Shown here: piece by piece, positions 45,632-54,925 of the stretch
Numbering within the stretch: position 1 is the stretch's first letter
Layout: the number at the start of each line of letters is the position of its first letter
From: Candidatus Parcubacteria bacterium
GTDB taxonomy: Bacteria > Patescibacteriota > Patescibacteriia > Patescibacteriales > UBA12075
Length of the DNA stretch: 64,000 nucleotides
Reading direction: 5' to 3'
Assembly (NCBI GenBank): GCA_002869165.1
Contig: PKTK01000003.1
Span: 84,195 to 148,194 of the forward strand
Translations under genes and position numbers: made by a program
The notes under the pieces: model-generated
The model's input: the letters and a program-made list of their open reading frames with translations, nothing else
Told to the model about the DNA's origin: nothing
Databases searched by the model: none

Positions 45632-45664
45632 AGCCTCTTTGTAAAATAAAGAGGCTTTTATTTT
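45632..45664 (+). terminator. intrinsic terminator closing the secA unit
   Basis: AGCCTCTTT-GTAAAAT-AAAGAGGCT is followed by TTTTATTTT. Confidence 0.75.
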
Positions 45665-45828
45665 GGTGGTTTTTTTATTTAATGTTAGATAAAAAAAATA
45701 AAACAACTAAATATTTATAATACTTTTATAAATATTTGTCAACATTGAATTTTTCTTTATATTAGTATAAAATGTATTTAAATAATTAATTACTTAACAA
45801 CCTCTTAGAAAAAGAGTTTTTTATTTTT

Positions 45829-47916
45829 ATGGAAGGAAATTTTATTTCAAAGTTATTTGAACCTAGCGCCAGGGCAAAAGTTTGGCGGATTTTTATTTTT
45901 ATAATAGTTATTTTTGTTATTTCAGGTAGTATCGCTGGTGGATCCTATTTGAATAAAGGTGTTGATTATCTAAAAAACAAAACTGGAATAAGTATTAATT
46001 TGCCGGGACTACCCGAAATTCCTTTTAAGTTGGGATTGGATTTACTTGGTGGAACCCATTTGGTTTATACAGCTGATATGAGTGAAATTGATAATGCCGA
46101 CAGGGCTAGCGCCTTGGAAGGTGTTCGAGATGTGATTGAGCGAAGAGTAAATGTTTTTGGTGTGTCAGAGCCCTTGGTGCAAACCAACATTTCAGGTGGA
46201 GATTATCGAATTATTGTTGAATTAGCAGGTATCCAAGATGTAGCGGAAGCAGTAAAAATGATTGGAGAAACTCCTTTGCTTGAATTCAAGGAAGAAGATA
46301 CAGCACAAAGAGAGTTAACAGAAGAAGAGAGGAAAATAATGGATGATTTCAACACAGAGTCATTGACCAAAGTTACCGAGGTAATTGCCAAGGTTGTGGC
46401 CGGAGAAGATTTTGCCACCTTGGCTAAAACTTATAGTGATGATGATAATACCAAGGATAATGGTGGGGAACTAGGTTGGATTACAGCTAATGATTATCCA
46501 CAGGTGGCTGGTGAGGTAGAAAACTATGAGGTTGGTGATACTAGTAAAGAATATATAGTTGCAGAAAATGGTTATGAGATTTTTAAGCTTAATGACAAAA
46601 GAGTAAAAACAAACCCATTTGACGAAACTCAAAAAGAAACAGAGGTCAAAGCCTCTCATCTTTTGCTTTGTCATAATGAGATTGAAGGCTGTGAATCAGG
46701 TTTAAGTAAGGAAGATGCGTTGGCAAAAATTAAGGAAATTGAAACAGAAGCAACGCCTAATAATTTTACAGATTTGGTAAAAGAATATTCAACTGAACCA
46801 GGTGCAAGTGAAACAGGGGGTGAGCTTGGTTGGTTTGATAGAAATACTATGGTCGAACCTTTTACAGTGACTGTATTTGATAATCAGGAAGTGGGAACTA
46901 TCTCATATATTGTTGAAACTCAGTTTGGTTACCATTTAATTTATAAGGAAGACGAAAGAGATATTATTGAATATAATGTTTCACATATTTATGTAGCAAC
47001 AATCTCGGAAGCTGATATTATCGCAAATGATTCTAGAAATTGGAAGTTAACTGAATTAACTGGAAAGTATTTGGATCGAGCCAGTCTTTCATTTAATCCA
47101 AATGATAATTCAGCTGAGGTATCTCTTGAGTTTGATTCTGAAGGATCTGATCTATTTGCAGATATTACAGGTAGGAATATAGGTAAGCCAGTTGCAATAT
47201 TTTTGGACGGACAGCCTATTAGTATCCCCACAGTAAATGGGCAAATTTTCGGTGGCAGAGCTGTGATTTCAGGCGATTTTAGCATTGATGATGCAAAATT
47301 ATTGGCTCAAAGGTTAAATGCTGGTGCCTTACCTGTACCAATTGAGATTGTTAGCCAGCAAACAGTTGGAGCAACCCTTGGACATGTTTCTCTTCAAGCT
47401 AGTCTAAAAGCTGGTATTATTGGTCTTATTTTGGTTGCATTATTTATGATCTTATATTATCGTTTGCCTGGAATTTTTGCAGTCGTGGCATTGATGTTTT
47501 ATGGAGTAGTGATTTTGGCAATGTTTAAAATATTTTCCGTTACTTTGACATTGTCAGGGTTAGCTGGTTTGATCTTGTCTATTGGTATGGCGGTGGACGC
47601 AAATGTTTTAATTTTTGAAAGATTGAAAGAGGAGTTGGCTAGCGGAAAGCCAAGTGGAATTGCTATCAGAGACGCTTTTGAGCGAGCTTGGACTTCAATC
47701 CGTGATGGAAATGTCTCTACTATTATAACTTGTGTTATTTTATATATTTTTACTACTTCAATGGTAAGAGGTTTTGCAATTACTCTTGGCTTAGGTGTTA
47801 TAGTGTCAATGTTCTGTGCAATTTTTGTTACTAGAAATCTTTTGCAATTAGTAATTTCAGATAAAATATCAAAAAACACATGGCTACTTGCATATAAAAA
47901 AACAATTAATGATTAG
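45829..47916 (+). CDS. secD: protein translocase subunit SecD with inserted parvulin-type PPIase domains
   Basis: The SecD N-terminal TM helix and P1 base (LGLDLLGGTHLVY, ERRVNVFGVSEP, IIVELAG) are present, as is the C-terminal six-TM SecD core. Between ..PLLEFKEED and the rest of the P1 head there are about 220 aa. This segment includes a canonical parvulin domain (KASHLLL..LVKEYSTEPGASETGGELGWF..TQFGYHLIY) and a degenerate one (DFATLAKTYSDD..NGGELGWI). Confidence 0.9.
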   Translation: MEGNFISKLFEPSARAKVWRIFIFIIVIFVISGSIAGGSYLNKGVDYLKNKTGISINLPGLPEIPFKLGLDLLGGTHLVYTADMSEIDNADRASALEGVRDVIERRVNVFGVSEPLVQTNISGGDYRIIVELAGIQDVAEAVKMIGETPLLEFKEEDTAQRELTEEERKIMDDFNTESLTKVTEVIAKVVAGEDFATLAKTYSDDDNTKDNGGELGWITANDYPQVAGEVENYEVGDTSKEYIVAENGYEIFKLNDKRVKTNPFDETQKETEVKASHLLLCHNEIEGCESGLSKEDALAKIKEIETEATPNNFTDLVKEYSTEPGASETGGELGWFDRNTMVEPFTVTVFDNQEVGTISYIVETQFGYHLIYKEDERDIIEYNVSHIYVATISEADIIANDSRNWKLTELTGKYLDRASLSFNPNDNSAEVSLEFDSEGSDLFADITGRNIGKPVAIFLDGQPISIPTVNGQIFGGRAVISGDFSIDDAKLLAQRLNAGALPVPIEIVSQQTVGATLGHVSLQASLKAGIIGLILVALFMILYYRLPGIFAVVALMFYGVVILAMFKIFSVTLTLSGLAGLILSIGMAVDANVLIFERLKEELASGKPSGIAIRDAFERAWTSIRDGNVSTIITCVILYIFTTSMVRGFAITLGLGVIVSMFCAIFVTRNLLQLVISDKISKNTWLLAYKKTIND

Positions 47917-47953
47917 TAGTTTTTATAAGTAAAAAGAGAATTAAACATAAAAT

Positions 47954-48946
47954 ATGTATCAAATTATTCAAAAAAGAAAAATATGGTTAAGCATCTCTGG
48001 TTTTTTGGTGCTAGCTTCAATTATAGCTCTAGGAATATGGGGTTTGAATTTTGGAATTGATTTTACTGGTGGATCTTTACTGGAAGTAAAATTTAGAGAT
48101 GATAGACCAAGTGTGGTAGATGTAAACACAAAATTAGGGGATATGGATCTTGGGAGTCTTATTGTTCAACCAGTGGATGAACAAGGAATGATTCTTCGCT
48201 TTCAAGAAATCGACGAAGAAAAACATCAAGAAGTGCTAACAAGATTAAATGAACTGGTTTCATCTGAAGACGATGTAGTCATAGAGACAGAAATAGCCAC
48301 TTCAACTGATGATATGGCTAGTTCAACAGATGGCATTGAAATATTGACGACCAAGGTGAATGATTCATATGTTGAAGAATTACGCTTTGATTCTGTCGGA
48401 CCAACTATTGGTGCAGAGTTAAAAAGTAAATCAGTTACTGCGATTGTTGTAGTATTGGTAGCAATTATTCTTTATATTGCCTGGGCGTTTCGAGCAGTTT
48501 CTAAGCCTGTTGCCTCATGGAAGTATGGATTGGCTGCTATTGTAGCCTTGTTTCATGATGTAATGATCACTTTGGGAGTATTTTCAATCTTGGGATATTT
48601 ATATGAGGTAGAAATAACTACAGCTTTTGTAGCAGCTATATTGACTGTACTTGGTTATTCTGTAAATGACACGATTGTTGTGTTTGATAGAGTTAGAGAA
48701 AATCTTCCTAAAAGCAGCGATGACTTTGAGGGCACAGTTAATACTTCTGTAAATCAAACAATAAAACGTTCTGTAAATACATCATTAACAACCCTTTTAG
48801 TACTTCTATCAATATTGTTTTTTGGCGGTACTTCGATTAGAGATTTCGTTTTAGCTTTGTCTATTGGTGTATTTGTTGGTACTTATTCGTCTATATTTTT
48901 AGCTAGCCCGGTATTGGTGTTATGGGAGAAATTGGGCCGAAAATAA
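47954..48946 (+). CDS. secF: protein translocase subunit SecF
   Basis: It has GIDFTGGSLLEV, a periplasmic P4 region, and a six-TM core with LFHDVMITLGVFS and GYSVNDTIVVFDRVREN. Confidence 0.92.
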   Translation: MYQIIQKRKIWLSISGFLVLASIIALGIWGLNFGIDFTGGSLLEVKFRDDRPSVVDVNTKLGDMDLGSLIVQPVDEQGMILRFQEIDEEKHQEVLTRLNELVSSEDDVVIETEIATSTDDMASSTDGIEILTTKVNDSYVEELRFDSVGPTIGAELKSKSVTAIVVVLVAIILYIAWAFRAVSKPVASWKYGLAAIVALFHDVMITLGVFSILGYLYEVEITTAFVAAILTVLGYSVNDTIVVFDRVRENLPKSSDDFEGTVNTSVNQTIKRSVNTSLTTLLVLLSILFFGGTSIRDFVLALSIGVFVGTYSSIFLASPVLVLWEKLGRK

Positions 48947-48962
48947 TATACTTTCTAATATT

Positions 48963-48991
48963 AAAGAGGAGCCCAAAAAGCTCCTCTTTTT
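48963..48991 (+). terminator. intrinsic terminator after secF
   Basis: AAAGAGGAGC-CCAAAAA-GCTCCTCTTT is a 10-bp stem followed by a short T-run. Confidence 0.65.
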
Positions 48992-49071
48992 ATAATATTG
49001 TCGTTTTGACAAATGAGGGGTAAATAATGTAATATAAAGAAGACTCTATCAAATATTATTAATATGCTTAT

Positions 49072-50307
49072 ATGAAACTTAGTAATAATTTTACTAAAAC
49101 TACAAAAGATTTTCCCAAAGATGAAACAAGTCTAAATGCCCAGCTATTAATTAAAGCCGGTTTTATTGATAAATTAATGGCAGGGGTTTATACAATGTTG
49201 CCTTTAGGTTATAGGGTGTATAAAAAAATTGAACAAATCATTCGAGAAGAAATGAATGCCCTTGGCGGGCAAGAAATGTATATGCCCACCATACAGCCCA
49301 AGGCAAATTGGGATTTAACTGGCAGATGGGATGAAATGGATGTGCTTTTCAAGATGAATTTGTCAGATGTGAAAAGACAAGTCGCTCTTGGTCCAACTCA
49401 TGAGGAAGTGGTGTCACCTCTAGTAAAAAAATATATTAATTCATACAAGGATCTGCCTTTTTCTGTTTATCATATTCAAAATAAATTTAGAAATGAAAAA
49501 AGAGCCAAATCAGGTATATTGCGTGGTCGAGAGTTCATGATGAAAGATCTTTATTCTTTTCATGAAAGTCAAAATGATCTGGATAAATATTATGAACAGG
49601 TGTCTGTAGCTTATGAAAATGTTTTTAAAAGAGTAGGAATTGGGAATGAAACATACAAAACATATGCTTCAGGCGGAACATTCTCTAAATATTCTCATGA
49701 GTTTCAAACTTTAACAGACGCGGGGGAGGATTATATTTATATTTGTGATAAATGTCGGGTGGCTATAAATAAAGAAATTTTAGCAGACCAAAAAAATAAA
49801 TGTCCTGAATGTGGTAACTCTGAGTTACGTGAAGAAAAAGCAGTTGAAGTTGGTAATATTTTTAAATTAGGTAATAAATTCTCTGCTCCTTTTGAATTGC
49901 AATACACTGATGAGTCGGGTGAGAAAAAAGATGTAATCATGGGTTGTTATGGGATAGGTTTGCAAAGATTAATGGGAACAGTGGTGGAGGTGTGTAATGA
50001 CGAGAATAGTATAATTTGGCCAGAGTCGGTGGCTCCATTTAAAGTGCATTTAATTTCTATCAAGAAAAATAATGAAGCGGAAATGATTTATAATGACTTA
50101 GTTGAATCTGGTGTTGAGGTGTTGTATGACGATAGGGAAGATGTGGGGGTTGGAGCAAAATTTGCTGACGCTGATTTAATTGGCTGCCCTATTAGGTTAG
50201 TAGTTAGTGAGAAGACGCTAAAAGAGAAATCTGTAGAGTTTAAAAGAAGAGACTCTGAAGAGGTAAGAAATATTAAAATTGATGAGATTATAAAAGAAAT
50301 TAAATAA
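49072..50307 (+). CDS. proS: prolyl-tRNA synthetase, compact bacterial-type lacking the INS editing domain
   Basis: Class II motifs are present: FRNEKRAKSGILRGREFMMKDLYSF (motif 2) and GCYGIGLQRLMG (motif 3), with a C-terminal anticodon-binding domain. Only about 100 aa lie between motifs 2 and 3, and they contain CDKC..CPEC. Confidence 0.88.
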   Translation: MKLSNNFTKTTKDFPKDETSLNAQLLIKAGFIDKLMAGVYTMLPLGYRVYKKIEQIIREEMNALGGQEMYMPTIQPKANWDLTGRWDEMDVLFKMNLSDVKRQVALGPTHEEVVSPLVKKYINSYKDLPFSVYHIQNKFRNEKRAKSGILRGREFMMKDLYSFHESQNDLDKYYEQVSVAYENVFKRVGIGNETYKTYASGGTFSKYSHEFQTLTDAGEDYIYICDKCRVAINKEILADQKNKCPECGNSELREEKAVEVGNIFKLGNKFSAPFELQYTDESGEKKDVIMGCYGIGLQRLMGTVVEVCNDENSIIWPESVAPFKVHLISIKKNNEAEMIYNDLVESGVEVLYDDREDVGVGAKFADADLIGCPIRLVVSEKTLKEKSVEFKRRDSEEVRNIKIDEIIKEIK

Positions 50308-50311
50308 ATTA

Positions 50312-51355
50312 ATGTTGAATAAATTTTTAGGAAAATTTAGCAAAGACTTAGGTATTGATCTAGGAACTAAGAATACTTTGGTGTATACCCGTGAAAAGGG
50401 CATAGTTATCAATGAACCGTCTGTGGTAGCAGTGAACACTAGAACCGATGAGATTTTGGCAGTAGGAGAAGAGGCTATGAAAATGGTTGGCAAAACTCCT
50501 TCATATATTCAAGCAATCAAGCCATTGGTAGATGGAGTAATATCTGATTTTGAAGTTACTGAAAAAATGCTTAAGTATTTCATTGATAAAGTTCACTCAG
50601 AATCTTTTACCTTAATTCCTCGTCCAAGAGTAGTTATTGGTATCCCGCTTGATATTACTGAAGTTGAAAAAAAGGCAGTAGATGATGCAGCTAAATCAGC
50701 TGGAGCTAGGCAAGTATTCTTAATCGAAGAGTCAATGGCAGCCGCAATTGGGGCTAGACTCCCGGTAGCTGATCCAACTGCTACTATGGTAGTTGATATC
50801 GGTGGTGGAACAACTGAGATTTCTGTGATCTCTTTGGGTGGCGTAGTTACTTGGAAGACTTTAAGACAAGCTGGTAATGAGCTGGATAATAATATTGTTC
50901 AATATGTTAGAGAGGAGTTCAATATTTTGATTGGTGAACAAGTAGCTGAGAAAACCAAAATCAATATTGGTTCAGCTACTCCATTAAAAGAGCCTATGGA
51001 AATGGAAATAAGAGGTAGAGATTTAATAAACGGATTGCCCAAGGCTATTACGATTAATGATACTCAGATAAGAGAAGCTATTTCCAGGACCGTTAACCAA
51101 ATAATTGAAAATATAAAAATAACTTTAGAAACAACTCCTCCTGAATTGGTGTCAGATATTTATGAATTTGGTATTGTTTTAGCTGGTGGAGGTGCTTTGC
51201 TTAGAGGTTTGGATAAAGAAATTGCTCAAGCCACTAAGATACCTGTAAGGATTGTTGATGACCCATTAACTTGTGTAGTTAGAGGAGCTGGTATGTTGCT
51301 AGCTGACCCCGAACTTCTTGATAAAGTATTAACCCCGGGTGCAGAGGAACTGTAA
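50312..51355 (+). CDS. mreB: rod shape-determining actin homologue MreB
   Basis: It has DLGIDLGTKNTLVY, VVIGIPLDITEVEKKA, MVVDIGGGTTEISVISLGG and GIVLAGGGALLRGLD. Confidence 0.95.
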   Translation: MLNKFLGKFSKDLGIDLGTKNTLVYTREKGIVINEPSVVAVNTRTDEILAVGEEAMKMVGKTPSYIQAIKPLVDGVISDFEVTEKMLKYFIDKVHSESFTLIPRPRVVIGIPLDITEVEKKAVDDAAKSAGARQVFLIEESMAAAIGARLPVADPTATMVVDIGGGTTEISVISLGGVVTWKTLRQAGNELDNNIVQYVREEFNILIGEQVAEKTKINIGSATPLKEPMEMEIRGRDLINGLPKAITINDTQIREAISRTVNQIIENIKITLETTPPELVSDIYEFGIVLAGGGALLRGLDKEIAQATKIPVRIVDDPLTCVVRGAGMLLADPELLDKVLTPGAEEL

Positions 51356-51408
51356 TAAATAACACACAAGATATTTATGTTTTTTTAATATAATTCTTGT
51401 GTTTTTTT

Positions 51409-52236
51409 ATGCTTAAGATATTTATAAAAAAAATTTTTAAATATTTGCTAGCTTTGATAGCAGTTTTTGTGCTGTATGCGTTTGGACTTCTTTCACCCTT
51501 GGAAGGAGTTTTTTTGCATTTGTTTAATCCAGTTTTTTCTAGAGTACAAAATTTATCAATTTCTTTTTCTGAGAAATATTATGAACAAACTTCAAAAGTG
51601 GATATCGCTCAAAGAAATAGAGATTTGGAAAAACAAGTTTCTGAACTGTTGTCAAAAAATGCCGAGTTAGAGATTGTCAAGGAGGAAAATGAGACTATGA
51701 GAGGGTTTCTAAATTTTTTTTCTGAGAACAAGTTTGAAAACGTAATGGCTGAAGTGATTTCTAGAGGTGACTTTAGTGACTCTGCCGGTCGAATAGAGTC
51801 GATAACTATTGACAAAGGAAGTGATAACGGCCTTTATGACGGCCTAGTTGTTATAAATCAGGCAGGTTTGGTTGTTGGGAAAATTATCAATACAAAAGAT
51901 GCGATTTCTGAAGTTGCTCTCTTGACTAATAAGGACTGTAAGCTGGCAGCCACTATATTGGGAGAAGATAAAACCAGTGGAATTGTGGAAGGAGAATTGG
52001 GTTTGACTATGACTATGAATTTTATCCCGCAATCAAAAAGTATTAATAAAGAAGATATAGTGGTTACTTCAGGACTTGAAAGAACTATAACCAGGGGATT
52101 AGTGATTGGTCAGATTTCAGAGGTGATAAAAGAGAGCAATGAACTGTGGCAGGAAGCAGTACTTGAGTCAAATATTAATTTTAATGAATTGACCATTGTT
52201 TCGGTTTTATTACCAGTAACAAGTAGTGAACAATGA
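51409..52236 (+). CDS. mreC: rod shape-determining protein MreC
   Basis: An N-terminal TM helix and a coiled coil (ELLSKNAELEIVKEEN) are followed by a beta-barrel region (GLVVGKIINT.., VVTSGLERT..GLVIGQI). Its position follows mreB. The ATG at 51409 is preferred over the TTG at 51397. Confidence 0.85.
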   Translation: MLKIFIKKIFKYLLALIAVFVLYAFGLLSPLEGVFLHLFNPVFSRVQNLSISFSEKYYEQTSKVDIAQRNRDLEKQVSELLSKNAELEIVKEENETMRGFLNFFSENKFENVMAEVISRGDFSDSAGRIESITIDKGSDNGLYDGLVVINQAGLVVGKIINTKDAISEVALLTNKDCKLAATILGEDKTSGIVEGELGLTMTMNFIPQSKSINKEDIVVTSGLERTITRGLVIGQISEVIKESNELWQEAVLESNINFNELTIVSVLLPVTSSEQ

Positions 52237-52763
52237 ATTATTTAAAAATTGCAAGTAAATTTTTTTTATTACTTTCCTTGTTAGTTTTTCAAGTTTCTTT
52301 TATTAGTGGTCTACCTGCCTGGGTGTCCAATCTAAATCTAATTTTACTTGTTCTGATATTGATCCTAGGTTTTTCTTCATATAGAAGATCTTTGATGTGG
52401 GCAATGGGTATTGGTTTATTGTTTGACATGTATCATTTCACGTTTTTTGGAGTCAATACTATTTCTTTGCTACTGGCACTTTATCTTACTAATTTTTTAC
52501 TTGAGAATTTATTGACAAATAGATCTTTGTATACTTTTATTTTTTTAACAATATTTGCAAGTGCAATATTTCAATTAAATGTAATTTTTTTAAATTTAGT
52601 ATTCGGTTTTTTGAAAGGTTATGAAGCAGTGTATAGTTTTTCTAATATTTTTTGGTTGGATGAATTAAAAAAGATCATTGTGAATGTTGTTTTTATATTT
52701 TTTCTTTTTTACGTAGTAAGTTTTTTCAGTAAAAGATTTAAACCAATGTTTCTTGTTAAATAA
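52233..52763 (+). CDS. mreD: rod shape-determining protein MreD
   Basis: The 176-aa protein has five TM helices, overlaps the mreC stop and precedes PBP2. The call rests mostly on synteny. Confidence 0.7.
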   Translation: MNYLKIASKFFLLLSLLVFQVSFISGLPAWVSNLNLILLVLILILGFSSYRRSLMWAMGIGLLFDMYHFTFFGVNTISLLLALYLTNFLLENLLTNRSLYTFIFLTIFASAIFQLNVIFLNLVFGFLKGYEAVYSFSNIFWLDELKKIIVNVVFIFFLFYVVSFFSKRFKPMFLVK

Positions 52764-54788
52764 ATGTTTAAAAAAAATTATATCAGAACCAAAAAAATAT
52801 CTAGAGGTGGCGACCCTTTTTCTATTCAAAGTGGCAGATTTAAGGATGCTAAAATCGATACGGTATATAGATCTGGTTGGTCAGAGGATGTGTTTACTTC
52901 AGATACTAGGGACAAAGAAGTAGTGGGAAATACTTTTAACCCCACCAAGCTTAGCCTATTTGTTTTTGCTTTGGTGTTGTTTTTGAGCATGTTGATTGCT
53001 AGAACAGCTTGGTTACAAATCTTGAAGGGGGATTATTATTATACAATGGCTGAGGAAAATAGAATTAGAATTGAGCGTCTACAGCCTAACAGAGGAGTTA
53101 TTTATGATAGGAACTTAAATCCGCTCGTTAGGAACAAGGCAAATTTTATGCTTTATCTTGTCCCTATTGATTTGCCTAGTGAAGAAGATGATTTTGAGCA
53201 AATTAAGTCTAGATTAGCGGAAGTTTTAGGAGATAATATAAGAACAGAAATAGATGAGGCATTAGTGGATGTTGATCGAAGTAGTTTAGATGCTTATCAG
53301 CCCTTATTTATTCGTGATAATATTGATTATGAAATAGCCATGCTACTGCACTTGGAATCTTTATCATGGCCAGGAGTTGTTCTTTCAACCAGGACAAACC
53401 GTGAATATCTTTATACTGGGCAAGCAATTGAATTTAATGACAGCGAAGATGACGCTAGGTATTTGTTCTCCTTGTCACATTTAATGGGTTATACGGGAAA
53501 AATAAATTCAAGTGAGCTGGAGGAATTTGGTGATGATTATTTGCCAATTGATTATATTGGAAAGATGGGAATTGAATATTTTTGGGAGAATGAGTTAAAG
53601 GGTGTAAACGGCAAAAAACAGATTGAGGTTGACGCTCTAGGTAATGAAAAGAAGATAATTGGTGAAGAAGTGCCACTTGATGGTAACAATCTTGTATTAT
53701 CATTAGACGTTGTTTTTCAGCTTAAGCTCGAGGAGATAATGTTGAAGCATTTAGATGAATTGGGGCTTGCCAGAGCTTCGGCTATTGCCTTGGATCCAAG
53801 AAATGGTGAGGTAATTGCCATGGTATCTTTGCCTGCATACAATAATAATCTTTTTGCTCGTGGGATAACTCAAGAAGAGTATTCAGCGCTACTTAATCAT
53901 CCTGATAATCAATTATTCAATCGTAGTATTAGTGGTGAGTTTCCATCAGGCTCAACCATCAAGCCAGTGATGGCGATTTCAGCTTTGGAAGAGGGGGTAA
54001 TCACTGAAAATACCTACTTTTATTCAACTGGAGGAATCGGAATTGGCCAATGGTATTTCCCTGACTGGAAAGCTGGTGGGCATGGCAGGACTAATGTAAG
54101 AAAAGCAATCGCTGAATCAGTTAACACTTTTTTCTATTATATTGGTGGCGGCTATGAAGATTTTAAAGGTTTAGGACTTGAAAGGATGGTAAATCATATG
54201 GAGGATTTTGGTCTTGGTTCTCAACTTGGTGTTGATTTAGCTGGTGAAGCCAGTGGTCTTTTACCTAATAGAGCTTGGAAGGAAGAAGTAAAAGGAGAAC
54301 CTTGGTATATAGGAGACACTTATCATATGGCGATTGGTCAAGGTGATATTTTGGTTACTCCATTACAGGTAGCTAATTTTACTGCTGCTTTTGCAAATAA
54401 TGGAAAAATATATCGACCTCATTTGATTAGAATGATACTTGATAGTGACGATAATATTATTAAACAAGTAGATGCTTATCCTATTAAGGAGAATTTTTTG
54501 GATAATTATAATATTCAAGTAATAAAAGAGGGGATGAGACAAACAGTTACAGACGGTTCTGCTAGAAGTATGTATGATGCTCCAGTGGAAATAGCTGGTA
54601 AGACTGGAACAGCACAATGGTCCAGTGTAAAAGACAACCATGCTTGGTTTACAGGTTTTGCGCCTTATGATGAACCAGAAATGGTGATAACTATTTTAGT
54701 TGAAGAAGGAGGTGAGGGAAGTGCTGTTGCTGTACCAATTGCTAAAGAGGCTTTGAGTTGGTATTTTGGAGAATATAAAAATAAATAA
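52764..54788 (+). CDS. mrdA: penicillin-binding protein 2 (elongasome transpeptidase)
   Basis: It has an N-terminal TM anchor and a PBP dimerisation domain. The transpeptidase motifs are SGSTIKP (SxxK), ESVN (SxN) and KTGTAQ (KTG). Confidence 0.92.
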   Translation: MFKKNYIRTKKISRGGDPFSIQSGRFKDAKIDTVYRSGWSEDVFTSDTRDKEVVGNTFNPTKLSLFVFALVLFLSMLIARTAWLQILKGDYYYTMAEENRIRIERLQPNRGVIYDRNLNPLVRNKANFMLYLVPIDLPSEEDDFEQIKSRLAEVLGDNIRTEIDEALVDVDRSSLDAYQPLFIRDNIDYEIAMLLHLESLSWPGVVLSTRTNREYLYTGQAIEFNDSEDDARYLFSLSHLMGYTGKINSSELEEFGDDYLPIDYIGKMGIEYFWENELKGVNGKKQIEVDALGNEKKIIGEEVPLDGNNLVLSLDVVFQLKLEEIMLKHLDELGLARASAIALDPRNGEVIAMVSLPAYNNNLFARGITQEEYSALLNHPDNQLFNRSISGEFPSGSTIKPVMAISALEEGVITENTYFYSTGGIGIGQWYFPDWKAGGHGRTNVRKAIAESVNTFFYYIGGGYEDFKGLGLERMVNHMEDFGLGSQLGVDLAGEASGLLPNRAWKEEVKGEPWYIGDTYHMAIGQGDILVTPLQVANFTAAFANNGKIYRPHLIRMILDSDDNIIKQVDAYPIKENFLDNYNIQVIKEGMRQTVTDGSARSMYDAPVEIAGKTGTAQWSSVKDNHAWFTGFAPYDEPEMVITILVEEGGEGSAVAVPIAKEALSWYFGEYKNK

Positions 54789-54853
54789 TATATTTTTTGC
54801 GTAATAATAACAGACATTAAAAAAAGTCTTTTTTTGTGGTCATTTTATTGATT

Positions 54854-54880
54854 TTAGCACTCTCTTGACACGAGTGCTAA
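54854..54880 (+). promoter_or_regulatory. CIRCE operator (HrcA binding site)
   Basis: TTAGCACTC-TCTTGACAC-GAGTGCTAA is a perfect match to the CIRCE consensus TTAGCACTC-N9-GAGTGCTAA. It ends 46 nt upstream of the hrcA start. Confidence 0.92.
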
Positions 54881-54892
54881 AGATGATATAAT
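54865..54892 (+). promoter_or_regulatory. sigma-70-type promoter embedded in CIRCE
   Basis: TTGACA (54865-54870, in the CIRCE loop), a 16-nt spacer, then TATAAT (54887-54892). Both hexamers match the consensus. Confidence 0.65.
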
Positions 54893-54925
54893 TACTAATG
54901 ATTTAAATTATTCCCTGTAAAAAAT

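Noticed and set aside
48992-49071. A T-box or other riboswitch leader upstream of proS, and a known riboswitch class upstream of cysC.
   Set aside because: The proS leader after the TTGACA-18-TAATAT candidate promoter (49006-49035) is under 40 nt, which is too short for a T-box. Neither region matches any riboswitch consensus I can recall. Only a covariance-model scan could settle this.
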